From: Schmidtea polychroa
Taxonomy: Eukaryota
DNA: 64,000 bases
Reading direction: 5' to 3'
NCBI GenBank assembly: GCA_044892525.1
Contig: CM097885.1
Location: forward strand, 235,540,001-235,604,000
Shown: positions 40,303-51,628 of the stretch, piece by piece
How positions within the stretch are numbered: position 1 is the stretch's first letter
Layout of the letters: every line of letters starts with the position of its first letter
The notes under the pieces: model-generated
What the model was told of the DNA's origin: nothing
Seen by the model: the letters and a program-made list of their open reading frames with translations, nothing else
The model's database searches: none
Position numbers and translations under genes: made by a program

Positions 40303-42825
40303 ATGGATAATTATTATAGTAAAACTTACTATAATAAAAAATATTACATATGTCCCATATGCATGACCCTAAACTTAAACGAATATATTGATTTATATAA
40401 TCAACATAAAAATCATTTGTCCTATTTTAAAAGCAATAAAAAAGAAATTTTTTCAACATTAATAAAAACATTTAATGAAACTGTTAATTCCGATCAAGAA
40501 ATTATAACAAATTCTGAGGAAACTGAAATTATTGCACCAGAACCTATAGTAATTATTGAGGTTATAACAATTTCTGATGACGATGAAAATGTTCAAGAAG
40601 AAGAAGATGGAACTGAAGATCATGAGGAAGACCGTGGAGAAGATGGAACTGAAGATGGGCCAGAAGATGGTAGAGAAGATCGTGAGGAAGACTATGTAGA
40701 AGATGGTGAAAATTTACCAGTGGTCGAATATGATTTGAATCGGTCACATAGAGTAATCAAATTAAACATTGAAAGATATAATATGAAAACCATTGAATTA
40801 CCAGTTCCTATTTTACTTGCATTGAGAACTCGGTCACGCAAAAATTCAATTTGGAGTTCATGTGGAATTTATTAAAGATGAGATCGCAAAAACTGCGTGG
40901 ATTTCAAATAAAGCAACGGAATATTCAGAAACATTCCTTGGGTAAGGTATTAAAAAATTATACGAAAAAATAAATGTTCGAACTGTTGAGGGAAGCAGCT
41001 GGACTGTGAACAAAGTGTTAGAAATAATTTTCACTGTCACAAAATATCATTCAATAAGTAGGCTAAGCGGACATAGCTACTTGAAGACACCAGAGACTTT
41101 AGGTAATAAACATGCTATTTTTAATATTAAAAATACAGATAATTTATGCTTTCTTTATAGTATACTTTGTATTAAAAATTTGGATGTAATTCGAAGAAAT
41201 AGGCAACGAGTTGAAAATTATGCAGATTATATGGATCAACTGCTGTATGGCGAGGAAGATTTTCCTATGCAGTTATCTAAAAAGGAAATTCGAGCGAATT
41301 AATCCAGGACTGGCAATCAATGTTTTCAGTTACAATTGCACAAATGTTTTAAACATCGATGAAAATGATGAGGAAACCGTTTTTAAACATCCGAATTTGG
41401 ATAAAATACATCGGACTAAAGTAGAGGGCGTAGCACCGATCTATTTGCTAATGTTGGAAGGAGAAAAGTTTCATTATACTGCTGTTACTAATCTGCAGCG
41501 GTTAATGAATTGCCATGAGAGCGAAGATTACCCAGTTCGGATTCAGTGCAAATGGTGCGAAACATGTCTGAATGGCTTTAGAAAAGATATGGCTTTTGAA
41601 AAACACAAAGCAATTTGCAACAAAAATATGCTCGGTACTACAATGTACACGATGCCTCAAAATAAAGATTTGGTATTTAGTGATTGGTCCAAAACAGTCA
41701 CTCCACCATACGTTATTTAATGCCGATTTCGAGGCGATCTTACCCGATGATGAAAGACATCATCAAATTCATTTACCAATAGCACTGGGGCTGTTGTTGA
41801 TAAATAATTTCACTGGGTAAGTCAATATCATCAATTTATTGGGCCGGAATGTATTGTGGAGTTTTTGGCAAAAATCGAACAACTGGGGCAGCAAGTAGTT
41901 TTGCCATACTATTATAGAAACGCAAGGAAAACAATGATAATGTCAGGAGCAGAACGGATCGAATATAATAGGGCGCGAGTGTGTTATCTGTGCAATAAAA
42001 GAAAATATTTAGTCAGAGATCATGATCATTTTACGGGCGAATATTTGGGCGCAGCATGCAATGACTGCAATTTATCAAGACACATAAGATATTTATTACC
42101 GGTAGTATTTCATAATCTGAAAGGATATGACTTACACCATATTTTGAAATACGGACTCAATGAATTTACACATTGGTCCTTAAATTGTATTCCAACAACA
42201 ACGGAAAAAGTTTTATCGTTGATGGTGAGAATAAAAAACTTAACCGTGCGTTTCATCGACAGTTTGCAGTTTGTCAATGATTCGTTGGCAAAAGCGGTTA
42301 AGACATTGAGTGGATTACCGTTAACTCGTTCAGTATGTGGTGGAACATTGGTAGAAACAAAAGGGATTTTCTCTTATAATCATGCGAAAAGCTTAGAAAT
42401 TTTGGAAAACCCAACGGAATTGCCACCGATTTGGGAAAAAGTAACACAAGAAGAATATCAGAAAACACTGGAAATTTGGGAAGAAACCGGTTGTCAAAAT
42501 TTACTGGATTACATGAAAATATATTTGAAGCTGGACGTGTATTTACTGGCCGATGTATTCCAGCAGTTTCGAGCAAGATCAATAGCGCACAATAAATTGG
42601 AGCCACTAAATTTCTTTGGTATTCCCGGAATGAGTTGGGCATCGGCACTCATGACGTTAAGGGAACCAATTGAGCTTTTAGTCGACATCGAAATGTACAA
42701 TTTTTTCGATGGAGGTATATGTGGTGGTCTCACATTTGTGAATAAACACTATGCAGTGTCGTCAGAAAACATTGAGTTGTTGTATATCGACATCAACAAC
42801 TTATACGGCTGGGCATTGAGTCAGG
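40303..42825 (+). pseudogene. Protein-primed family B DNA polymerase (pPolB), frameshifted and 3'-truncated
   Basis: GSSW..SYLKTP..AIFNIKNTDNLCF; ADFEAIL; endonuclease VII-like CYLC...RDHDHFTGEYLGAACNDCN; FHNLKGYDLH; RFIDSLQF; YLKLDVYLLADVF; ends at motif A YIDINNLYGWALSQ. Confidence 0.92.
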
Positions 42826-43156
42826 TATACATGAAATGGATGATAATAGCATTGGACATATAAAAAATTCTTATCGATATACAATGAAACATGAGAATCA
42901 TATGGATTAGATATATCAACAACATCATTTACATTATCGATTTTAATAGTTTTGTATTTTGTCATCATTTCAGTCTTTTTGTATTCAATTTTGGATTTGC
43001 TATAGAATGGAAATAAATTGTATACAAAGGTAAAATCAAGCAAAGCAACTTCCCAATTTCCATGTAAATAAATTGGATTTTGAAGATCAACCATGAGTTT
43101 ACTTGCTTGATTATCTGAATGTATTGTCGGACAACTATTACTAGGTAAAATCATAT
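42826..43156 (-). pseudogene. Polinton minor capsid (penton/PX-like) protein, N-terminal fragment
   Basis: YMILPSNS....DNQASKLMVDLQNPIYLHGNWEVALLDF matches the LPSNS...P+.L.G.WEV.L signature as I recall it. Confidence 0.7.
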
Positions 43157-43162
43157 ATAAAT

Positions 43163-44245
43163 TCACTTTACTAGATCTTTTGCTGATATCCATGTCGGGG
43201 TTTGATACCCAACCCATTTGACATGGTATTGTTTATCTTTACCTATCTTTTTAGTTTTCAATATTTTTTCAATTCTAAATACAGTAGGCGGCGGAATAAC
43301 TTGTAATTCCTGTTCGTAAAATTTACCACCTAGTTCATTATTATCATAGTCTTTAATAACATACATTACAGGATTCTGTTTAGTATTTATTTTTGAAATA
43401 ATAAAAACTTCAGTACTCCAATTTGTATCGAAATATTTGATGAAAGGTGAAGCAGATATCTTAGATATTCGAACAAAGTTACCTACTTTATACTTTGGTT
43501 TTTTAACTTTTTCAATTTTTCTATTAAGGTACAAATCAACTGTATTTTCTGAGGAAATATCAACAGGTCTTAATCCATTCAGTACTCGGTGGGATGAATG
43601 ATTATAACTGTGTATGATTTTTGGCAAAACATGTATCCACATTTTATTTCCCTGGTGTACAAAAAACCGTTTGAGTTTATCTCTCAATGTCCTATTAAAT
43701 CGTTCAACATGAGCGGCTTTATATTGAGAATGTACAGTATAGTGATTTATTTTTAGATAATTTAAAATTTGACTAACTTTACTATTGTAAAATTCTTTAC
43801 CCAAATCCGTTTGTAAATAATCAGGGTGACCATCTTTAAACATTGTTTTTATTGCTTGGCCCATATCATCAGCCGATTTTGTTTTTACGGGAATAGCACG
43901 AGCAAAACGCCTGAAAACATCAATACACGTCAAAATATATTTGTAACCCTTATTGATTTTCGAATACGGTATCATTTCCATCAAATCCATTTGCCATAAA
44001 TCGTCAATACCGTATGTCTTATATGCTCTGGTTGGAAATCTTTTCCTCATTGGTTTGTTTAAACTGTATGCCAGTTGTCCCGATAACCACTTTTGCGTCT
44101 CCTTTTTCGAATTCAGAACTTTTTTCTTTAACTTTTCTACTCCACCGAAACTTCTTCGTCTTTGGGGTTCGTCCATATTTTCTCCATTACAACAAGAAAA
44201 TTTTAATTTTAATTTAACATTTTGTAATGATGGATTAGCACCCAT
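43163..44245 (-). CDS. Polinton retroviral-like (rve) integrase with C-terminal chromodomain
   Basis: WQMDL, ILTCIDVF, LQTDLGKEFYN, VERFNRTL, YNHSSH, GKFYEQELQ, chromodomain RIEKILK...YHVKWVGY. Confidence 0.95.
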   Translation of the reverse strand: MGANPSLQNVKLKLKFSCCNGENMDEPQRRRSFGGVEKLKKKVLNSKKETQKWLSGQLAYSLNKPMRKRFPTRAYKTYGIDDLWQMDLMEMIPYSKINKGYKYILTCIDVFRRFARAIPVKTKSADDMGQAIKTMFKDGHPDYLQTDLGKEFYNSKVSQILNYLKINHYTVHSQYKAAHVERFNRTLRDKLKRFFVHQGNKMWIHVLPKIIHSYNHSSHRVLNGLRPVDISSENTVDLYLNRKIEKVKKPKYKVGNFVRISKISASPFIKYFDTNWSTEVFIISKINTKQNPVMYVIKDYDNNELGGKFYEQELQVIPPPTVFRIEKILKTKKIGKDKQYHVKWVGYQTPTWISAKDLVK

Positions 44246-44261
44246 TGTTTATCACTGTTTT

Positions 44262-44420
44262 CTATTTAAGAGCACCTAATAAACCAGCTCCGCCTATTAA
44301 TGATAATGCTAATGGTATTAATGCAGCAATGAACTGTTGTTTATATATAATTTTTCTCATTTGTTTACGATTTTTATTATTTACTAGTGATAACAAAGGT
44401 TTCTTATGTTTATTCAACAC
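44262..44420 (-). pseudogene. Small basic Polinton core-like protein with C-terminal hydrophobic helix (5' end lost)
   Basis: Manual translation VLNKHKKPLLSLVNNKNRKQMRKIIYKQQFIAALIPLALSLIGGAGLLGALK*, resembling the small pX-like proteins found beside Polinton integrases. Confidence 0.55.
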
Positions 44421-44899
44421 AAGTTAGATTTATTAATTTAAAACCTTGCTCCTGACTACTTTAAGTATAATGTCGAGTAAATCATCGACAACAAATTTGA
44501 CAACAACATTCCCCTCTTAAAAGATAATATTTCTCAACTTTTTTCATAGATATCCTCACAATCATTATCTGCCTATCACATTCTAAATAAAAGTAAAATA
44601 ATTTAATGTATCAATTGATATCAATTTGTATTATCTCTAAAGATCCCAAATATTAATAATCGTTGTTTAGGTGTTAAAACTACTATCTTCTATATATCTA
44701 AACATTCTACTAAATGACTTTAATTAAATACATTCTAAACTGACATTCATCACCAGTTTTATTTCAACACATTTGTCATGGTTGGTCTAAAGTAGCGCAA
44801 AGAAAATTTGAATGTGCAAAATGTCAAATATGCAAATAGATAAAAGGCAAAACCTTAAAAATTCTAAATTAAAAATTTTAAAAATTGATGTATTCCAAG

Positions 44900-45185
44900 C
44901 ATGGCCCCATTAACCATAGGGCTAATTGGGCTACAGCCCAGGGTCGCCATCGATCCGAGGGCGCTAAGATATATTTGTTAAAAATAAATGCCGCAAAAGA
45001 CATATTTAAATTAAAAATTAATATTTAATTCACATATTTATATAAATTTTTTGAATTTTGGTTTGCGTAAATACATATTTAAGTTTTGAATTTTTGAAAA
45101 TAAAATTGAATTTTTATAATAAAAGTATGTAGGGGTGCAAAATTTTATTTAGCCCAGGGCGCTCAAACTTATTAATACGGGCATG
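44900..45185. mobile_element. hAT-type MITE (286 bp)
   Basis: 8-bp TSD ATTCCAAG; TIR CATGGCCCCATTAA / CATGCCCGTATTAA; subterminal AGCCCAGGG at both ends. Confidence 0.88.
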
Positions 45186-45946
45186 ATTCCAAGGAGATCG
45201 TACATATAGCAAGTGTTGAGACGAACACATATCAAATAAAAATTTAATAAACAATATTGTATCAAACCTTTTTGACTTTTAATAAAGTGTTTTGAGTTGG
45301 GTCTAATTTTGATAATTGAAGCAGAGCACGAGGAGTCAGCACCAACTTTAACAATAATATTCCAAATCATTCAATGAGCTAATAATGAATCATTGGTAAA
45401 TACTGGCTATTTGTCCTAGGGTATTGTAATTTCCGTTAAAAAATTGATATTTTACCAATAATAACTCCCTAAAACATTATGATTATCTGTTTAAATATAG
45501 ATATTCAACTAACTAGATTCCTCTTAAAAGATTTTTACCTAAATATTCAAATATCATCCCTTTAAATCACCATAATTGTACCACTTTAAACATCAATGTT
45601 TAACCGACTATCCCCTAATTTTCCTAAAGATTCATGAAATTCCACCCATTTGAAGTCATATATCCCTCTAACATATCAATTGAGTCGATTAAATTCTCTT
45701 GAAACCCATAGAAAATGTCAATATTCTTTAAAACAAAAAATGATAGTTGTGTTATTTTATATTATTTAATAAATACCAACAGAGCAATTGAATTTGAAAA
45801 TTAAATAGTTTTAAAGATTTAAACAATAAATGACTGATTTACTATAATATATATTTAACGAACCGTGAAGAGTATGCAAATAACACTCATTATGTTCCAA
45901 TATAATGTAAAAAAATTTAAATCGATTTCATTATAATATTGTTTAA

Positions 45947-46828
45947 ATGAGCATTTTCTTAAAGGGACCAGCTCAGATTTTATTAAAAAAACCAAACATA
46001 ACGTTTTCGGGAATTCTGGAGAATAAAATTTCACGAATTTCACTCCATTTATGGGTAAGATGTTATGTAATCATATTGGAAGGAAATTTATATATTTATG
46101 AAAATTGTTTTTCCCAAAGTCCAAAATCAACAATTGCACTCTCAGAATTCAATGAGTTTCACATTGTCACAAAAAGAAAAAAGCCTCCATTATGGGTTTT
46201 TATTTTACAACCAATTGACAATAAGGTTGCTCAATTGAAGTTTGGATCTCCATCGGAACAGGAAATGTTGTATACCATTGACAAATTTAAAGAAGGTATG
46301 TTGTATTCTAATAATAGACCTTCTGCACCAAATATGAATTTCATAAATCCAGCTACTTTAAATCACAGAACTAATTTACCATCCATTCCAGCTGATAGAA
46401 GGTCAAATGAAATTTTAATGGATAAATGCGGGGAAACAGAAGAAGGAAGGGTTTTGACAAATAATTTAAGAAATTCTAATAATTTACCACCAATTCCAAG
46501 CGATAGGCAACCAGAAGAAATTTCTGCAGAAGATTTTATATTCGAAGGAACAAGAGAAGAAGCTGCCACTGCATTGGCGAAAATTCAACGAATTGGCGCG
46601 TATTTAATTCGCATCGAAGGGGATAGACAAGTTCTAACAGTTCAAACCGAACGGGGAATTGTGAAATATGTCCTCACCAAAAATCCATATACAGGGCGAA
46701 TCTCTATTCAAGGAGAACCACATGAGTTTTACAATGTGACTGATTTAGTTAAAAGCTATTATATAAATAACATTCCTAATTATACATGTACGTTAAAATT
46801 TCCATTTAAATCAGTTTTATACAAGTGA
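45947..46828 (+). CDS. SH3BP2-like: Intronless PH-SH2 adaptor, SH3BP2-like, copy 3 (293 aa, short linker)
   Basis: PH and SH2 are near-identical to copies 1 and 2; lacks the PPYPIL linker repeats. Confidence 0.8.
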   Translation: MSIFLKGPAQILLKKPNITFSGILENKISRISLHLWVRCYVIILEGNLYIYENCFSQSPKSTIALSEFNEFHIVTKRKKPPLWVFILQPIDNKVAQLKFGSPSEQEMLYTIDKFKEGMLYSNNRPSAPNMNFINPATLNHRTNLPSIPADRRSNEILMDKCGETEEGRVLTNNLRNSNNLPPIPSDRQPEEISAEDFIFEGTREEAATALAKIQRIGAYLIRIEGDRQVLTVQTERGIVKYVLTKNPYTGRISIQGEPHEFYNVTDLVKSYYINNIPNYTCTLKFPFKSVLYK

Positions 46829-47057
46829 CAAACGTTTGTTTTAAAATTAATTTACAAATAAAATTAGAATTAAAAGTTGTTTATTTTTTTGGTCACCTTT
46901 GTTCTGTTTATTTGTGATATTTCATTTATTTTCATTCTGACAAAAATTGATATCTTTTTAATTATACAAAACACAAATTTTCAGCTTTACTTTTATCAAT
47001 TTTTAATATTAATGAGTGTGATTAAAGCTGAAAATGTGTTTTGAATATAATATAAGA

Positions 47058-48520
47058 AACATTTATAGCTTCAATTTGGCTCTGATCCGTTTGGATGCCG
47101 TCTCTATTTATAATATGGCCTAAGAATTTCAATTCGCTTTTCAGGATTTGACATTTTTCTGGATTAATTCTTACTTTAGCTTCTGCGATTTTCTGCAATA
47201 CTCTTTCCAGCAGTTTATAGTGTTCTTCCATTGTGTTCGTGAAAATTAATATATCGTCCAGATAAACCATTACCCCTTCTTTCCATAAATTCTTTAATAT
47301 CTTCGTCATGAGCTCTTGAGAAGTTCCTGGTGCTGCCGCGATGCCAAACGGCATTCGGTTGAAACAGAATTGTCCCTCCTTCGTTGAAAAAGCTGTTTTC
47401 TCCTATGAACCTCTATCCAGCTTTACCTGATACTATGCGTTTCCATGGTCAATAGAACTAAAATATCTAGTCCCATTCAAAGCATCTAAGATCTCGTCGA
47501 CGTTAGGCATCGGGAACGCTTTTTTTTCAGTAATTTTGTTAAGTTGTCTAAAGTCCAAACAGAGTCTGATATCCTTCTTTTCCTTTTTCCAAACGCACAC
47601 TAACGGAGTATTCCAAGGTAAATTACACTTCCTTATAATATTATTATCCTCCAGATTTTTAATGGCCATGTTTATTTTCTCTTCCAAGTTTATAGGCTTT
47701 CTTCTTGGCTTTATCATTATTGGTCTGCCAGTTGTTTCAATTTTATGTTCAATTAAATCAGTGCATCCAACATCCCACTTTTCAGCCATGAAAACACATT
47801 TATTTTTCTTGATAATTTCTACAAGCAATTTATCTTCTTTTACTTTCAACTTCTGTATTGCATATTGGAATCTTTCTTCATTTGTAATATTCCTCCCAAA
47901 TTTAGCATCAATTTCACATATACGTTCGTTAAATATAATTTCACCTTCTTGAATTCATCTTAATTCAATACCGAATTGTTTCTGTAATTCTACACCCCCA
48001 ATAACATCTGGGACAATATTTTGTACGACGGTATAGGTCACTATTTTTGTTAGCTTCCCTATCTTTACATCAATTTGAATTTTACCTATAGTCTCCAATT
48101 TACTGTCATTTGCACACCTTAGCATTTCATCTGTTTTTAATATTTCGACTTTGTCCAATTTATCCAGTACTGCTTTGGACATTATATTAATTCGTGCTCC
48201 TGTATCTAACAGACACTCGATTCCGCGACCCTGAATTTAAAGTGTTATACTTGGTCTACCTTGCATTTTATGATAAGTCATACGAGGTCCTTTCCATTCG
48301 TCTTTCGTAAATATATTTTGTTCCCCTTTGTTCTTTATACTATTGGAAATTTCATTAATCCACATAATCTTATCTTCATTTATATCAAATGTCTTTTTTA
48401 GGAAACTATATACTTTTTCTCCTGTTCTTTCATCGCTACACATTATTTTGCTGTTTTCATTTCTCTGATCTATATTGCTACTTTTATAAACATTAAAATT
48501 ATTTTTATCATCCATATTAT
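47058..48520 (-). pseudogene. Gypsy pol (protease-RT), with stops/frameshifts, truncated after RT
   Basis: CLLDTGA protease; RLCLDFRQLN; MPFG; YLDD; related to the 61080-64000 pol. Confidence 0.92.
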
Positions 48521-48630
48521 TACATAAATCTTTACTAAAAAATTAAAATTATCTACACTATTCAAATTATTTACATTATAAAAATTATTTACATTATTAT
48601 AACCAGCATTTTCATCAAAATCAAAATTAC

Positions 48631-49671
48631 CTAATAAATGGCTCCTATCATCGCCTCCTGTGATGGAGCTTCCTCGTTTGGGTATTGCATTTCGTCGTAT
48701 TTCTCTTCGGCTTCACTTGAATAATTAAGGTGATAGTTTGCATCTTGATTTCCAATTGCTGCTACCTCTCTTCTGTTATACTGATTGTTCTGTTGAAATC
48801 GGCCCCTTCTATTTAGGTGTGCCGCATTATTTCTTCCGTAATGATTCATTTTCGGTATAAATCTTTCTAGGTTTGTATAGCATTCAGTTTCTTTGTGATC
48901 TTGTAGATGACATCTCCTACACTGAATGTTTGGACATTCTCGGCGTACGTGTCCATATAATCCACATCCAAAACACTGAATCCTCCTCTTCATAGTACAT
49001 TCTCGGCTTAAATGGCCTAGTTTTTGGCATGTCCAGTATACAACGTTCTTAGTCGCTTCCCATGGTTTTGACATCGGCATCAAATTTGTCTGTGCGGGTC
49101 TTTGAAAGGCATCTCTGTAGCTTTTGACAGGTTTCGTATATGTTATAGGTCGGATGGAGTTAACATGGTTTATAGCTTTATTCACTTTCTCAACTTTTCT
49201 AATTGTGCTTTTAATTTCTTCTGACGTCTTTAGTTCTTGCATTTCTATTTCCTTTTTAACTTTTTTCTCTCGAGCCCCATTCATGAGCAGGCACTTTTTA
49301 ATTTCTTCCTCGTTCCATTCATGTCGTAGTAATCTTTTGGTTAATTTCTCTACTTTTTCGATAAAGCGGTCTGCTGAATCGGATCCTTGTTCATAATTTA
49401 GAGCTTCTTTTAAGTCTTCGAATAATGATTTTGGCCTCGAAAATGCTGATCTGAGCTTCTCTTCAAATGTTTTTCCTTCTGCTTTTTCATATTCATCATA
49501 TAATGGTTTATCCAACAGTGTGGTAAACAGAATCATCTGCATCTTGACAGATGTTTCCGTAATATTAAAAAAGTTTTGGCATTCTTTGATGAATTCTTCC
49601 AGGTCGTCGTCTCTGTGAAATCTTTCTGGTAGCAACCTGCTAATCAATAGGTTTGTTGGTGTGGTCGCCAT
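48631..49671 (-). CDS. Gypsy gag with zinc knuckles
   Basis: CFGCGLYGHVRREC plus two variant knuckles; the ATG overlaps the LTR end / PBS-like junction CTAACA|TGGCGACC. Confidence 0.88.
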   Translation of the reverse strand: MATTPTNLLISRLLPERFHRDDDLEEFIKECQNFFNITETSVKMQMILFTTLLDKPLYDEYEKAEGKTFEEKLRSAFSRPKSLFEDLKEALNYEQGSDSADRFIEKVEKLTKRLLRHEWNEEEIKKCLLMNGAREKKVKKEIEMQELKTSEEIKSTIRKVEKVNKAINHVNSIRPITYTKPVKSYRDAFQRPAQTNLMPMSKPWEATKNVVYWTCQKLGHLSRECTMKRRIQCFGCGLYGHVRRECPNIQCRRCHLQDHKETECYTNLERFIPKMNHYGRNNAAHLNRRGRFQQNNQYNRREVAAIGNQDANYHLNYSSEAEEKYDEMQYPNEEAPSQEAMIGAIY

Positions 49672-50599
49672 GTTAGCCGCGAAAACATCAAGTTCGTTTT
49701 CAAATTCCATAAAATCAATTAATAAAATTACCAAATAAAATTACTTCACTAAAATTTATTTCATTCAAAAGCTGCGCTTTTCGTAATATTCAAACAAAAA
49801 TATCTTCGAGGCTTTTTATTTTAATTTTGATGCTGCTTTCAATGCTGGCTTAATTTATTTTAATATTTTAATATATTTTAATTTATTTTTACATTTCATT
49901 TTTATATAATAAGAAAAAATTTTATAATTGGAAATCAACTGAATATTCTTTAAAATATATAAGCATATTGACAAGAAAAATCTGTTGAGAAGAAAGGCAT
50001 ATTTTCAACTCCATGATTTTAGACTTGCGTAGTTCACTGTCAAGTGGATAGTCAACTGCAAAAGTCTACTGCAAAAAAATAATGGATTTTGTTATTATTA
50101 GAGCTAAACAATATCCTTTCAAATGTTTTAAAGGTGAGTAGAATAGAACTAATGGAATGAAAATATGTGTGCAAGAAAATAACTCATCAAGATTATTAAG
50201 ATTATTTTAACCAGATTCTGAAAAGAGAATGGATGTTATTTATAATTTACATTCTAAAAAACATGACATACTATTGCAAGAAACTTATAAATCCTTTTTG
50301 GATAATTATGATGATAAGAAATGTATTTTATCTGATTTAACTACAACACTTTCCCAAGGAAACAAATTGTTTGAAATTATTCAGCCAAAGAATGATTTAG
50401 AAATATATAATGATTAGTTGGCTAAATTCTTTTAGTTTTCTCGTCTTTTGTTTTGTGTGCTTTTGAAATGTATTTACTACAGGGTTTGCAATTATATTGT
50501 TTACTGGACATTTTTATATTAATTTAATGATTAAGATATTATGTTTTGATGGAGGACCTTATTATTAATGTCGAAAGGAAGAAAATTGACTTTGTGAAG

Positions 50600-50750
50600 G
50601 CTTTGCAGTGCAGCCGGTACTGTGACTAAGCATATTGGCTGGACTACTGTACTCTGGTCTGATGAATCAACCTTTTGGTTCCCATGGTCGAAGTAAAGTT
50701 TGGCGCCAAAATCGAGAAAAGTACTACCCTCTGTACCAAAAACCAACTAT
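50600..50750 (+). pseudogene. Tc1-type transposase fragment
   Basis: WTTVLWSDESTF matches the first-Asp motif WxxVLWSDE. Confidence 0.6.
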
Positions 50751-50899
50751 CAAGCACTATGTTAATTAATTAATTCTAGATATTTAATACATTCGCTAAG
50801 TAATTAATTAAAAACTTTGTAAAATAAATAAATGCCAAGTCAAGAAAACAAGTTATAAGTAAAATAAAAAAAACGATATGTCAATTAATAAAATCCATC

Positions 50900-51628
50900 A
50901 ATAAATCTTAATTTTTTCTAAGATGTTCTTAGATCTTATTTTTTTTCGACAATTATTACAAACTTTCAATAAAGCGGTATGTTTTTCAACGTAAAGTCTT
51001 AGAACTCTAATTATTTTGTGGCTTACGACACACAATACTTGGTATGAAGGATACATGCCCTTCATGCCAAGTACTAACAATAATCTAGAGTCAAATAATC
51101 GAGTTCTTAAAGACGAAGAAACTATTAGAGAGCGCACGCCATTATATAGATTTAGCAAACAAGCTTTAGATATTGTTAAAAAGTGGTCACTAGCATATCC
51201 TCGAAGTCTGAAGGAGTTTATTACAAAACAATCAATCGACACAGCATTATGGACACAGTCTTATCAATGGGCTAAAGAAAGCAAATCAAGAACAGTCGAT
51301 AAACTACTATGTTTCAGCTAGTGACGCAACTATAACTCAAGAGGACATTGACAAAGTTGAAAAAATGCGCTGGACAACATTCAATCAATTTACGAAGCGA
51401 GCTTTTACTGTCTGGCGCATTAATTTAACAAACGATAAAGCCAATTGGGTGGACGGTCAGTGCAATTGTCCAGCATTTTTCAAAAAATTTATTTGCAAGC
51501 ATGTTGTCGGCATTTCAATCAGACTTAAATATTGCAAAGTACCGGCAGTAGCTAAGAATACTTCTATTGGAAGTAAACTACCAAGAGGAAGACCAACTAA
51601 TGCTAAAAAAGCCTTATTAAAACAATAA
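50900..51628 (+). pseudogene. MULE-related SWIM-finger transposase, 3' remnant
   Basis: STNNNLESNNRVLK; SWIM finger CNCPAFFKKFICKH; AT-hook RGRP. Confidence 0.75.

Larger units (their letters stand above)
38110..45830. mobile_element. Polinton/Maverick (adintovirus-like) remnant, internally deleted; boundaries approximate
   Basis: Contains pPolB, integrase, penton/PX-like and small core-like genes; no TIR pair or TSD found. Confidence 0.85.
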
